Shown: positions 33,140 through 42,946, counted from the first letter of the stretch. The stretch: DNA of 64,000 nucleotides from Gemmatimonadaceae bacterium (GCA_031396725.1 JANNLH010000198.1:2685-66684); one strand, 5' to 3'. Made by a program: numbers and translations. Notes: generated by a model from the letters alone, not told the origin.

Positions 33140-34128
33140 GAGCGACCGTGATCGGCGCTGGGGCGTGGGGCACCGCCCTCGCCAACCTGCTGGCGGAGAA
33201 CGAGCACGACGTCTCGCTCTGGGCCTACGAGGCCGACGTGGTCGAGTCGGTGAACACGTCGCTCGAGAACCGGCGCTTCCTCGCCGGGGTGCCGCTCCAT
33301 CGCGGGATCCGCGCGACGGCGGTGATGCAGGCCGCGTGCGCGAACACCGAGCTCGTGATCTACGCCTCGCCGTCGCACGTCCTGCGGCAGGTGGCGGCGC
33401 AGGCGGCGCGCTGGGTGCCCGCCGGCGTGCCGCTCGTCGTCGCCACCAAGGGGATCGAGCGCGAGCGCCTCGCCCTGATGACCGACGTCGTCGGCGAGGA
33501 GACGCCAGGTCGTCCGATCGTCGCGCTCTCGGGGCCGAGCTTCGCGCTGGAGGTCGCGCACCACCTGCCGACCGCCATCGTCGCGGCCTCCGCCGACGCC
33601 GACGCTGCGCGCTTCACCCAGCAGACGCTCAGCACCTCGGCCTTCCGCGTCTACACGCAGCGCGACGTCGTCGGCGTCGAACTCGGCGGCGCGCTCAAGA
33701 ACGTGATGGCGGTCGCCACCGGCATCTCCGACGGGCTGCAACTCGGCTTCAATGCCCGCGCCGCGCTGATCACGCGCGGGCTCGCCGAGATGACACGCCT
33801 CGGCGTGACGCTCGGGGCGGAGCCCGCGACCTTCGCGGGACTCGCCGGCATCGGCGACCTCGTGCTGACCTGCACCGGCTCGCTTTCGCGGAATCGGTCG
33901 GTCGGCATCGAGATCGGACGCGGCGCCACGCTGCACGAGGTGTTGCAGGCCCGCGAGACGGTCGCCGAGGGCGTCACCACGACCGAGAGCGCCCTCGCGC
34001 TGGCCCAGCGCAACGAGGTCGAGATGCCGATCGTCCAGGCGGTGCACCGGGTGCTCTTCGAGCGGCAGCCTGCGCGCTGGGCGCTCGTCGAGCTGATGAC
34101 GCGCGACCTCAAGGGAGAACACGACTGA
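33136..34128 (+). CDS. gpsA: NAD(P)H-dependent glycerol-3-phosphate dehydrogenase
   Basis: 'IGAGAWGTALA', 'ATKGIE', 'LSGPSFA', 'GGALKNV', 'GDLVLTC...SRNR'. Confidence 0.95.
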   Translation: MRATVIGAGAWGTALANLLAENEHDVSLWAYEADVVESVNTSLENRRFLAGVPLHRGIRATAVMQAACANTELVIYASPSHVLRQVAAQAARWVPAGVPLVVATKGIERERLALMTDVVGEETPGRPIVALSGPSFALEVAHHLPTAIVAASADADAARFTQQTLSTSAFRVYTQRDVVGVELGGALKNVMAVATGISDGLQLGFNARAALITRGLAEMTRLGVTLGAEPATFAGLAGIGDLVLTCTGSLSRNRSVGIEIGRGATLHEVLQARETVAEGVTTTESALALAQRNEVEMPIVQAVHRVLFERQPARWALVELMTRDLKGEHD

Positions 34129-34490
34129 TGGCGGCCGCCGGCGAGCCCGTCCGCGAGTTCTTCTCGATCGGCGACGTGTGCGAGCTCACCGAGCTCAAGC
34201 CGCACGTGCTGCGCTACTGGGAGAGCCAGTTCAAGTTCCTCAACCCGGCCAAGAACCGGTCGGGCAACCGCGTCTACTCGCGTCGCGAAGTCGAACTCGT
34301 GCTGCTCGTGAAGCACCTGCTCTACACCGAGAAGTACACGATCGAGGGGGCCCGCCAGAAGGTCGAGGAGCACCGGCGGAGCGGGGGCGTGAAGCCCGCC
34401 GCGCGGCGAGGCCTCGACGCCGAGACGGTGCAGCTGCTCGAGCACGACCTGCGGGCGATCCTCGACATCCTCGAATCCAGGGACGCGTAG
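34128..34490 (+). CDS. MerR-family HTH transcriptional regulator (no long effector domain)
   Basis: 'FSIGDVCELTELKPHVLRYWESQF', 'RSGNRVYS', 'YTIEGAR'. Confidence 0.85.
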   Translation: MAAAGEPVREFFSIGDVCELTELKPHVLRYWESQFKFLNPAKNRSGNRVYSRREVELVLLVKHLLYTEKYTIEGARQKVEEHRRSGGVKPAARRGLDAETVQLLEHDLRAILDILESRDA

Positions 34491-35252
34491 ATGAAGCTGT
34501 TGTGCTCCAACGACGATGGGATCCTCGCCCGGGGCCTCGACTGCCTCGAGCGCGCGGCGCGGCCACTCGGCGAGGTCTGGGTCGTCGCACCGGACCGCGA
34601 ACAGAGTGCCACCAGCCATTCGCTGACGCTGCACCACCCGCTGCGTCCGGTGCAGCTCGCGGAGCACCGCTGGCAGGTGGACGGTACGCCGACCGATTGC
34701 GTGATGCTCGCGATCGAGGCCCTGCTGCCGTCGCGCCCGGACTTCGTCCTGAGCGGCATCAACCACGGCCCCAACATGGGGGAGGACGTGCTCTATTCGG
34801 GCACCGTGGCCGCAGCGATGGAAGGACTGGCGCTCGGCATCCCGAGCATCGCGGTCTCGTTCGCCGGCCGTGTGCTGCGCTCCGACGACCAGCTGCTCGA
34901 CGACCAGGTCGAGACGCTCTCCGCGCTCCTCCGGCACCTCACGTCGCTCCCGGCCTTCCCGGCCGACACGCTCCTGAACGTCAACCTGCCGGCGGTGCCC
35001 GCCGCGGAGGTGAAGGGCGCGAAGCTGACGCGGCTGGGGCAGCGCGTCTTCTCCGGCTCGCTCCAGCCGATGAAGGATCCGTGGGGGCGCGAGATCTTCT
35101 GGATCGGTGGCGGCTCGGTGGCCTGGAGCGGCAGCGAGGACAGCGACTTCCGCGCCGTGCGCGACGGGTACATCTCGATCACGCCGCTGCACCTCGACCT
35201 CACCGCGCGCGACCGGCTCGACGACGCGGCCTCCTGGTGGCGCCCGTTGTGA
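34491..35252 (+). CDS. surE: 5'/3'-nucleotidase SurE
   Basis: 'SNDDG', 'APDREQSATSHSLT', 'GTPTDC', 'SGINHGPNMG..VLYSGTVAAA'. Confidence 0.95.
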   Translation: MKLLCSNDDGILARGLDCLERAARPLGEVWVVAPDREQSATSHSLTLHHPLRPVQLAEHRWQVDGTPTDCVMLAIEALLPSRPDFVLSGINHGPNMGEDVLYSGTVAAAMEGLALGIPSIAVSFAGRVLRSDDQLLDDQVETLSALLRHLTSLPAFPADTLLNVNLPAVPAAEVKGAKLTRLGQRVFSGSLQPMKDPWGREIFWIGGGSVAWSGSEDSDFRAVRDGYISITPLHLDLTARDRLDDAASWWRPL

Positions 35253-35896
35253 TCCGGCAGTTCGGCGGGGCGCGGCGCCGACTGATCGAGGAACTCCAGC
35301 GGAAGGGGATCCGCGACCTCTCGGTCCTCAAGGCGTTCGACGACGTGCCGCGCCACCGATTCGTGCCGACCGGCGTCCAGCACCGCGCCTACGAGGATAC
35401 GGCGCTCCCGATCGGCCACGGCCAGACCATCAGCCAGCCCTGGGTGCACGCGCGCTATCTCGAGATCCTCGCGCTCACCGGTCGCGAGCGCGTGCTCGAG
35501 ATCGGGACCGGCTCGGGCTTCGAGACCGCTCTCCTCGCGAAGCTCGGCGGCCCGGTCTTCACGATCGAACGCCTCGCGCCGCTCGCCGAGCAGGCGCGCG
35601 CCAACCTTCGGGATGGCGGGGTGGAGCACGTGACCCAGCGCGTCGGCGACGGCACGCTCGGCTGGCCCGAGCACGCGCCCTTCGACGCCATCCTCGTCGG
35701 CGCCGCGTCACCCGAGGTGCCGCAGCCCCTGCTCGACCAACTCGCGGTCGGCGGTCAGCTATTGATCCCGATCGGGGACCGCGAGGAGCAGAGCCTGCTG
35801 CGCATCCGCCGGACCAAGTCCGGGTTCGAGCGCACGCGCCTCGACGCGATGCGATTCGTCCCGCTCATCGGCGCGCACGGATTCGCGAATGACTGA
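35249..35896 (+). CDS. pcm: Protein-L-isoaspartate O-methyltransferase
   Basis: GTGA overlap; 'VPRHRF', 'GQTISQP', 'VLEIGTGSG', 'GDGTLGWPEHAPFDAI', 'FVPLI'. Confidence 0.93.
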   Translation: MIRQFGGARRRLIEELQRKGIRDLSVLKAFDDVPRHRFVPTGVQHRAYEDTALPIGHGQTISQPWVHARYLEILALTGRERVLEIGTGSGFETALLAKLGGPVFTIERLAPLAEQARANLRDGGVEHVTQRVGDGTLGWPEHAPFDAILVGAASPEVPQPLLDQLAVGGQLLIPIGDREEQSLLRIRRTKSGFERTRLDAMRFVPLIGAHGFAND

Positions 35897-36434
35897 CCGC
35901 GTCGAGGAGGGCGAAGTGCGCGCAGCCCTCCGGCGGCTGTTGCGCGACGTGCCGGACTTCCCGCGCCCCGGCATCGTCTTCAAGGACATCACGCCCGTGT
36001 TGCACGACGCGGCCGTCTTCGCGGCCGCCACGCGGGCCCTGGCGCGTCCCTTCGCGGCAGACGGCGTGACCCACGTGCTCGCGATCGAGAGCCGCGGATT
36101 CCTCTTCGGGGCCCCGGTCGCGCAGCACCTCGGCGCCGCGCTCGTGCCGGTCCGGAAGCCGGGAAAGCTGCCGCGGGAGACCCTTCGGGAGACCTATGCC
36201 CTGGAGTACGGATCCGACAGTCTCGAACTCCACGCGGATGCCCTCGGCGACGGCGCGCGGGTGCTGGTCGTCGATGATGTGCTGGCCACCGGCGGGACCG
36301 CCGCGGCGACCGTCCGGCTCGCGGAGCGCCTCGGCTCCACGGTGGTCGGGATCGCGGTCGTCCTGGAGCTTTCGTACCTCCCGTGGCGCTCGGCGCTCAC
36401 CGGTCGCCGGGTCGAAGCCCTGACCAGTTTCTAG
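35889..36434 (+). CDS. apt: Adenine phosphoribosyltransferase
   Basis: 'PDFPRPGIVFKDITP', 'ESRGF', 'RKPGKLP', 'VDDVLATGGT'. Confidence 0.95.
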   Translation: MTDRVEEGEVRAALRRLLRDVPDFPRPGIVFKDITPVLHDAAVFAAATRALARPFAADGVTHVLAIESRGFLFGAPVAQHLGAALVPVRKPGKLPRETLRETYALEYGSDSLELHADALGDGARVLVVDDVLATGGTAAATVRLAERLGSTVVGIAVVLELSYLPWRSALTGRRVEALTSF

Positions 36435-36501
36435 ACGGGGAACGCTTATCGGTACCCGCGAGTAGTATTGCGGCGACCCCCACTGGCCCGAGGAAACGCA
36501 G

Positions 36502-37242
36502 ATGCGTCACGCGCCCCTCCTGTTCGCGCTCGTCCCGCTGGCCTTCGCCGCGCCGTCCGCCGGAGCCCAGGGCTCTGGACGCGGGTTCTTCTTCGGCGAG
36601 CCCAAGGCCTCCTTCGCCGTGCACGGAGGGCTCAGCCTCCCCGGCGCGTCGAGCGATCTCTTCGACTTCACGACCTCGGAACTCACCCTCCGGAAGGGCG
36701 ACTTCGCGGGGTTCAACTACGGCGGCGACCTCGGCTTCCGCGTCTCGCCGCGGTTCGACTTCGTCATCGGCATCGCCAGCTCGGGTTCGACCACGCGCTC
36801 GGAGTTCCGCGACTGGGTGGACACCAACGACGAGCCGATCGAGCAGACGACGAGCTTCCGGCGCACGCCCTTCAGCGGCACGGTCCGCTACCATCTCAAG
36901 CCGCGCGGACGCACCATCGGTTCGTTCGCCTGGATCCCGGCGCAGTTCGTGCCCTGGGTCGGACTGGGCGGCGGCGCGATGAAGTACCAGTTCACGCAGG
37001 TCGGCGACTTCATCGACTACCAGACGCTCAACGTGTTCTCCGACCGCTTCATCTCGCGCGGCTGGGCGCCCTTCGCGCAGGCGTCGGTCGGCGGCGGCTG
37101 GAACATCTCGCCACATTGGCAGCTGACGGGCGAACTCCGGTACCTGCGGGGCAGTGCCCGGCTCGACGACGACTTCGTCGGATTCGATCGACTTGACCTC
37201 TCCGGCGTCGCAACGACGTTCGGCCTCGCGCTCCGCTTCTGA
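36502..37242 (+). CDS. Exported outer-membrane beta-barrel protein (OmpA/Ail-like beta strands), unknown function
   Basis: Signal peptide (…AGA|QG), alternating aromatic/hydrophobic strands, C-terminal 'FGLALRF'; GAGG SD. Confidence 0.75.
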   Translation: MRHAPLLFALVPLAFAAPSAGAQGSGRGFFFGEPKASFAVHGGLSLPGASSDLFDFTTSELTLRKGDFAGFNYGGDLGFRVSPRFDFVIGIASSGSTTRSEFRDWVDTNDEPIEQTTSFRRTPFSGTVRYHLKPRGRTIGSFAWIPAQFVPWVGLGGGAMKYQFTQVGDFIDYQTLNVFSDRFISRGWAPFAQASVGGGWNISPHWQLTGELRYLRGSARLDDDFVGFDRLDLSGVATTFGLALRF

Positions 37243-37256
37243 CCGGGACGGCACTG

Positions 37257-38537
37257 ATGCGCACTTCGATCCGCCTCCTGCTCCTCGGCGCCTTCGCGCC
37301 CCTCGCCGCCCTCGAGGCGCAGACGCCGGAGTCCCCTTGGACCCCCTGGTTCGGCTGCTGGGCGCCTGCCGCCGGCTCACCGGGACCCACCACCTGCATC
37401 GTGCCCGGCCAGGCTGCCGCGTCGGCAGACCTGCTGACGGTCGTCGATCGCGCCGTCACGCAGCGGACGACCGTCGTCGCGGACGGCACGGGACGTCCGG
37501 TGACCATTCCCGAGTGCACGGGATGGGAGGCTGCGCGCTTCTCCCTCGACGGTGACCGCGTGTATCTGAGCAGCGAGGTCAGCTGCGGCGGCGCACCCCG
37601 GTCGACCACCTCGGGCGTGTTCTCGATCTCCCGCTCGGGAGACTGGCTCGATGTGCACGGCGTGCGGGTCGCCGATCAGCGGAACGTCCGCGTGCGGCGC
37701 GCCAGCGCCCTCGAGGACCTCTCCCTGATGCCCGAGGAGGTCCGGGCCGCGCTCGCGCCGGTGACGCGCGTGGCGGGCACGTCGCGCATCGGCGCGAGCG
37801 TCCCGCTCAGCTTCGACCGCGTCGTCGATGTCGCGCAGTCGGTCGACGAGCGCGTGGCCGAGGCTTGGCTGGTGGAATCGAGCGTCGACGCCGACACGCG
37901 GCTGCAGGTGACGGCGGCAGGCCTCGTGGCACTCGAGGAGGCCAAGGTCCCGTCGCGCGTGATCGATGTCGTCGTCGCGCTCGGGTACCCACAGGCGTTC
38001 CAGATCGCGATGGGCCCGGGCGGGGTCGGCGAGGTGCGGGAAGCGCCGGCGGAGCAGCGCATCGGATCGCGACCCGTCGGCGGGACGGGAGGCGGTGCCT
38101 ATTTCGACCCCGCGTTTGGATACTACGGCAGCCGGTCCTGGGCCGGCGCCTGCGCGATGCCATTCAACGGCTACTGGGGGCTGTCCTGGTACCAGGCCCA
38201 GCGCATCGCCTGCTCGGGCTTCGACAACATGTACGGCTCGGCATGGTACGGCGGCGCCTGGTGGGGTTACCAGCGTCCGATCGTCGTCGTCGTGCGGCCG
38301 CAGCCGCCGACGAACGGCACCGGCGGCACTCCGCAGCCGAGGGGGCGTGTGGTGAACGGCGGCGGGTACACGCAGCAGACCGGGACGACGAGCGACAACC
38401 CCGCGCAGCCGCGTTTCGGCACCGGGTCGACCGGCAGCACCCCGGTCCAGTCGAGCGGAACGGCCGGGTCGACGAAGACCGGAGGCTCGAGTTCCGGCAC
38501 GACCACCACCCGCACCGCCAAGCCGCGCGATCCCTGA
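37257..38537 (+). CDS. Exported hypothetical protein with paired cysteines, aromatic-rich segment and G/S/T-rich tail
   Basis: Signal peptide (…LEA|QT), high GC3 coding bias, directly downstream of the beta-barrel gene. Confidence 0.7.
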   Translation: MRTSIRLLLLGAFAPLAALEAQTPESPWTPWFGCWAPAAGSPGPTTCIVPGQAAASADLLTVVDRAVTQRTTVVADGTGRPVTIPECTGWEAARFSLDGDRVYLSSEVSCGGAPRSTTSGVFSISRSGDWLDVHGVRVADQRNVRVRRASALEDLSLMPEEVRAALAPVTRVAGTSRIGASVPLSFDRVVDVAQSVDERVAEAWLVESSVDADTRLQVTAAGLVALEEAKVPSRVIDVVVALGYPQAFQIAMGPGGVGEVREAPAEQRIGSRPVGGTGGGAYFDPAFGYYGSRSWAGACAMPFNGYWGLSWYQAQRIACSGFDNMYGSAWYGGAWWGYQRPIVVVVRPQPPTNGTGGTPQPRGRVVNGGGYTQQTGTTSDNPAQPRFGTGSTGSTPVQSSGTAGSTKTGGSSSGTTTTRTAKPRDP

Positions 38538-38552
38538 TCTGTACGCCGCCCG

Positions 38553-41500
38553 TCAGCGGCCTTCGATCACCGGTGCGCTCGCGGCGGCCGGGGTGCGCTT
38601 GCCGTAGAGCGTGGCGCTGACCCGGTCGCCCAGGGCGTGGACGATCAGGTAGGTGCAGGGCACCACGAAGAGCGTGAGCAGCGTGGACATCGAGAGACCG
38701 CCGACGACGGCGATCGCCAGCGGCCGCATCAGCTCGCCGCCTTCGCCGAGGCCGAGCGCCAGCGGGAGCGTGCCGACGAGCGACGTGAAGGTCGTCATCA
38801 TGATCGGGCGCATGCGCGCCGCGCCGGCCTCGATCACCGCCTCCACGATCCCGTGCCCCTCGGCGCGGAAGCCTTCGGTGAACTCCACCAGCAGGATCGA
38901 GTTGTTCACCACGATCCCGGCGAGCAATATCATGCCGAGGATCACCGGGGCGCTGAAGGGTGTGCCGGTGAGCAGCAGGATGGTCACGACGCCCATCATC
39001 GCGAGCGGCACGGCGGTGAGGATCACGAGCGGATTGAGGATGCTCTCGTACTGCACCGCCAGCACCACGAACACGAGGAAGATCGCGAGCGCGATGACGA
39101 GCGTCAGTTGCTTGTTGCTCTCGGCGATCGCTTCCTGCTCGCCGCCGATGATGATGCCGTAGCCGTCGGGCAGCTCGAGGTCGGCCAGCCGCGCCCGGAT
39201 GGAGTCGGTCACCGCGCCCACGGTCGCCACGTCGGTGATCACGTCACCGTTCAGCTGGAGCTGCCGGTTCTGGTTCACCCGGTTGATGCCGGTGGGGCCG
39301 AGCGCCATCCGCACGTTCGCGACATCGCCCAGCCGCACGGGGCCGGTGCCGCGGTTGGCGAAGAGCGGGATGTCACTCATGTCGGCGACACTGTTGAAGC
39401 GGCCGCGCGGGAAGAACACGCGGACGTCGTACTCGAAGTTGCCCTCGGCGTACCGCGTCGCGATCGTGCCGTCGAGCGCGGTGCGCACCGTCTGGCCGAC
39501 CTGCTGCACGTTCAGGCCGCGCGCCCGCGCGCGGTCGCGGTCGAGCTCGATCGAGAGCAGAGGACTGCCCTCGTCCTGCGGGTTCTGGAAGTTCTCGAGG
39601 CCCGGCACACCCTGGAGCCGGCGGGAGATGGCCTGGCCGATCTCCTGCAGCGTCGCCAGCTCGTCGCCGACCACGGCGAGCGAGACGTCCTCCCCTGCGC
39701 TGTTGGTGCGGAGTCCGCGAATGCGCGGCGGCCGCACGCCGATGCGGGCGCCGGCGAAGCCGCGTGCGTTGACGCTGTCCTGCAGCGTGCGGACCCACTG
39801 GTCCGCGCCCATCGTGCGTTCGGAGACGGGCGTGAGCAGGATGTCGAGATTGCCGCGTCCCGCGTTCGCCGCCGAGGCGCCGCCGAACAGGAACCCGCCC
39901 GCGGTCGCGAAGGTCGTCTGGACGTGCGGCATCTTCCGCACCATGTCCTCGACCTCGAGGGTCAGGCGGTTGGTCTGCGCCGGCGTCGCGCCGGGCGGGA
40001 GCCGGATGAAGGCGCCCACGCTGCCGTCGTCCACCTGCGGCAGGAACTCCGTCGGGATGCGCGAGACCTGCGAGAAGAGTCCCGCGGCCAGGAGCAACAC
40101 GCTGCCGAACACGATCGCCTTGTGCTCGACGGACCACGCGGCGCCGCCGCGGTAGCGCAGGATGATGCGGTCGAACCAGTGGTCGAATCCGAGCAGCAGC
40201 CGGTTGTTCTCGAGCCCGCTCGAGAACTTCACCTTGCCCAGCTGCGCCGCCAGCATCGGCACGAGCGTGAGCGCGAGCGGCAGCGAGGCGAGGATCGCGA
40301 ACGAGATCGTGAGGATCAGCTCCCGGAAGATCAGCGCGGCGAGCCCGGTGATGAGCAGGAAGGGCGCGACCGACGCGAGATTCGTGGTGGTCGACGCGAC
40401 CACCGCGCTCGTCACCTCGGCGGCGCCGACGTGCGCCCCCTCGACGGAGTCGAGTCCATCGGTCTCACGCCGGCGATAGATGTTCTCGAGCATCACGATC
40501 GCGTTGTCGAGCAGCAACCCGGTGCCGAGCGCGAGCCCGCCGAGGGACATGATGTTCAGCGTGAGGTCGCTGAACCCCATCATCACGAAGGTCGCCAGGA
40601 TCGCCAGCGGGATCGAGACGGCGATGATGAACGTCTTGCGGATCGAGCGCAGGAAGAGGAGGACGACGAGCATCGCGAGGATCGCGCCGATCACCGCCGA
40701 GTCGCGCACCGACGCGAGCGCGTCACGGATGAAGCCCGACTGGTCGAAGGTGACGCGGTAGCGGATGTCGGCCGGGATGTAGTTCGAGCGCTCGAGGCGC
40801 GCGAGTGCCGCCTGCACGCGGTCCACGACCTCGACCGTGTTGGCCTCCGGCTGCTTCTGGATGCCGATCCGGACCGCCGGCGTGCCGTCGAGCCGTGCCC
40901 AGAAGCGCTGGTCCTGTGCGGTATCGCGGACGGTGGCGATGTCGCGCAGCGGCACGCGCGCACCGCCGCCGGCGGTCAGCAGCACGCCGCGGATGTCGTC
41001 CACGCGCGTGAATTTGCCGGTCGTGCGGCTCACGAGCTCACGATCCGGCGCGATCACGCGCCCACCCGCGAGGTTCTGGTTCTCGCCGCTGAGCGAGGTG
41101 AGCACGTCCTGCACCGTCAGGCCGAAGCCGCGCAGGCGCTCGGGGTCGAGCTCCACCTGGATCTCGCGCACGAGGCCGCCGGAGAGATCGACCGATCCCA
41201 CACCCTCGATCGAGAGGAGCTGCGGCCGGAGTCGCTGGTCCACCCACTGCCGGAGCGAGACCAGGTCGCGCGTGCTCGACGAGAACGCGACCTGGTAGAT
41301 CTGCATCTGCGACGGGTCGGACTTGGAGATGACGGGTGCGCTCGCCTCCTCGGGCAGGCGCGACCGCACGCGCTCGACGTTCGTCGCCGCGTCCTGCAGC
41401 GCGAAGTCCACGTTCGTCCCATAGGCGAAGTCGAGCGTGATGCTGACACTGCCCTCGTTCACGCTTGTCTGCAGCCGTTCCAGGTTCCGTACCGTGGAGA

Positions 41501-41729
41501 GTGCCGCCTCGAGCGGCTTGGCGACCGTCTCCTCGAGCACCACCGGCTCGACGCCGGGATTCCCGACGTTGACGCGCACTTGCGGATAGACGATCCGCGG
41601 CAGCAGGTCCACCGGCAGGCGGCCGACGTACACGATGCCCATCACGAGCAGCGTGCTCGTCAGCATGATCGTGCCGACGGGCCGGCTGATGGCCCAGCTG
41701 GCGATGCCGCGACGCTTCTCGCTGCTCAT
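38553..41729 (-). CDS. RND efflux permease (AcrB/MdtC-like)
   Basis: 1058 aa, 'RPVGT', 'GLLLDNAIVMLENI', 'ARMRPIMMT', two large periplasmic loops. Confidence 0.93.
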   Translation of the reverse strand: MSSEKRRGIASWAISRPVGTIMLTSTLLVMGIVYVGRLPVDLLPRIVYPQVRVNVGNPGVEPVVLEETVAKPLEAALSTVRNLERLQTSVNEGSVSITLDFAYGTNVDFALQDAATNVERVRSRLPEEASAPVISKSDPSQMQIYQVAFSSSTRDLVSLRQWVDQRLRPQLLSIEGVGSVDLSGGLVREIQVELDPERLRGFGLTVQDVLTSLSGENQNLAGGRVIAPDRELVSRTTGKFTRVDDIRGVLLTAGGGARVPLRDIATVRDTAQDQRFWARLDGTPAVRIGIQKQPEANTVEVVDRVQAALARLERSNYIPADIRYRVTFDQSGFIRDALASVRDSAVIGAILAMLVVLLFLRSIRKTFIIAVSIPLAILATFVMMGFSDLTLNIMSLGGLALGTGLLLDNAIVMLENIYRRRETDGLDSVEGAHVGAAEVTSAVVASTTTNLASVAPFLLITGLAALIFRELILTISFAILASLPLALTLVPMLAAQLGKVKFSSGLENNRLLLGFDHWFDRIILRYRGGAAWSVEHKAIVFGSVLLLAAGLFSQVSRIPTEFLPQVDDGSVGAFIRLPPGATPAQTNRLTLEVEDMVRKMPHVQTTFATAGGFLFGGASAANAGRGNLDILLTPVSERTMGADQWVRTLQDSVNARGFAGARIGVRPPRIRGLRTNSAGEDVSLAVVGDELATLQEIGQAISRRLQGVPGLENFQNPQDEGSPLLSIELDRDRARARGLNVQQVGQTVRTALDGTIATRYAEGNFEYDVRVFFPRGRFNSVADMSDIPLFANRGTGPVRLGDVANVRMALGPTGINRVNQNRQLQLNGDVITDVATVGAVTDSIRARLADLELPDGYGIIIGGEQEAIAESNKQLTLVIALAIFLVFVVLAVQYESILNPLVILTAVPLAMMGVVTILLLTGTPFSAPVILGMILLAGIVVNNSILLVEFTEGFRAEGHGIVEAVIEAGAARMRPIMMTTFTSLVGTLPLALGLGEGGELMRPLAIAVVGGLSMSTLLTLFVVPCTYLIVHALGDRVSATLYGKRTPAAASAPVIEGR

Positions 41730-42946
41730 GGACGGACTCCGGCGGGCGCCGTGGTCGCGGTCTTCGACGCGGCGCCCGGCGCTGCCGGGACCGCGGTCGG
41801 GAGGCGCGGCGCCTCGGGTGAGAGCGGCTGCACGATCCGCAGGACCGCGCCGTCACGCAGGAGGGCGTTGCCGGTGGTGACGATGGTATCGCCGAAGGCG
41901 AGTCCCTCGACGACCTCCATCCGCCCGTCGAGGTCCGCGCCGACGCGGACGCGCCTCCGCTCGGCGCGGCCATCCCGGACCAGGTACACGCTCTGCGCGC
42001 CGGCGGCGCCGACGACCGCGCGCGACGGTACGGTGAGCACGCCCTGCCGCTCGTCGAGCCGGAGTTCGGCGCGCACGGTGTAGCCCGGGCGGAGACCCGC
42101 GATCGCGTTGCCGGGGATCGCCACCTCGACCGGCACCAGCCGGTTCAGGCTGTCGGCCGCGGGGAAGATGCGGCGGATGCGACCGGTCACCGTACGGCCG
42201 AGGGCGTCCACGTGGACGGGGACCGAGGCGCCCGTACGCAACAGCGGGACCTCGAGCTCCGAGACCGGCAGCAGCGTCACGAGGAGCGAGACGTCCGCGA
42301 TCGTGAAGAGGCGCGTCTGGTTGCCCACGATGTCGCCCGCTTGGACGAAGCGCTGTGTGACCACGCCCGCCATCGGGGCGATGACTCTCGTGAAGCCGAG
42401 CCGCGTCTGCAACTGCGTCAGCGTGGCCTCCGCGGCCGCGAGTGCGGTCCGGTCGCGCTCGTACTCCGCCGTCGTCACGACCTTCGACCGATAGAGCGTC
42501 TCCGAGCGCTCCGCCGTGCTCTTGGCGAACGCGACCGACGCTTCGGCGGAGCGGACCTGCGCGGTGAGTTCCCGCGCGTCGAGCTCGGCGATGACCTGAC
42601 CCTGCGTGACGCGCGAGCCTTCCTCGACGTGCACCTCCAGCAGGGCACCGGCGACCTGCGACGTCACGCCGACGGCGCGCAGCGGCGAGAGTTGACCGGT
42701 CACGGAACTGGTGCGGGCGAGCGCCGTGCGTTCGACCGTCGCGATCTCGACCGCGGACGGGCCGGCGTTGCCGCCACCTCCGCCGCCACCGCCGGGGCCT
42801 CCCGGACCGCCGGGCCCGCCTGGCCCGCGCGGCGGCGTGTTCGCGGCCTCGCCATTGGTGCCGCAGGCGCCGCCCAGGAGGGCGACGAGCGCGACGAAGG
42901 CGAGGGATCGCGGAAGCCGCGAGGACGAGTTTGAAGGCGGGCGCAT
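41726..42946 (-). CDS. RND membrane-fusion (periplasmic adaptor) lipoprotein
   Basis: Lipobox-like 'LLGGAC', Gly/Pro linker, lipoyl-like 'VEEGSRV..GQ', 'IAPMAGVV', 'GLAFGD'; start uncertain (42946 or 43003). Confidence 0.88.
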   Translation of the reverse strand: MRPPSNSSSRLPRSLAFVALVALLGGACGTNGEAANTPPRGPGGPGGPGGPGGGGGGGGNAGPSAVEIATVERTALARTSSVTGQLSPLRAVGVTSQVAGALLEVHVEEGSRVTQGQVIAELDARELTAQVRSAEASVAFAKSTAERSETLYRSKVVTTAEYERDRTALAAAEATLTQLQTRLGFTRVIAPMAGVVTQRFVQAGDIVGNQTRLFTIADVSLLVTLLPVSELEVPLLRTGASVPVHVDALGRTVTGRIRRIFPAADSLNRLVPVEVAIPGNAIAGLRPGYTVRAELRLDERQGVLTVPSRAVVGAAGAQSVYLVRDGRAERRRVRVGADLDGRMEVVEGLAFGDTIVTTGNALLRDGAVLRIVQPLSPEAPRLPTAVPAAPGAASKTATTAPAGVRP

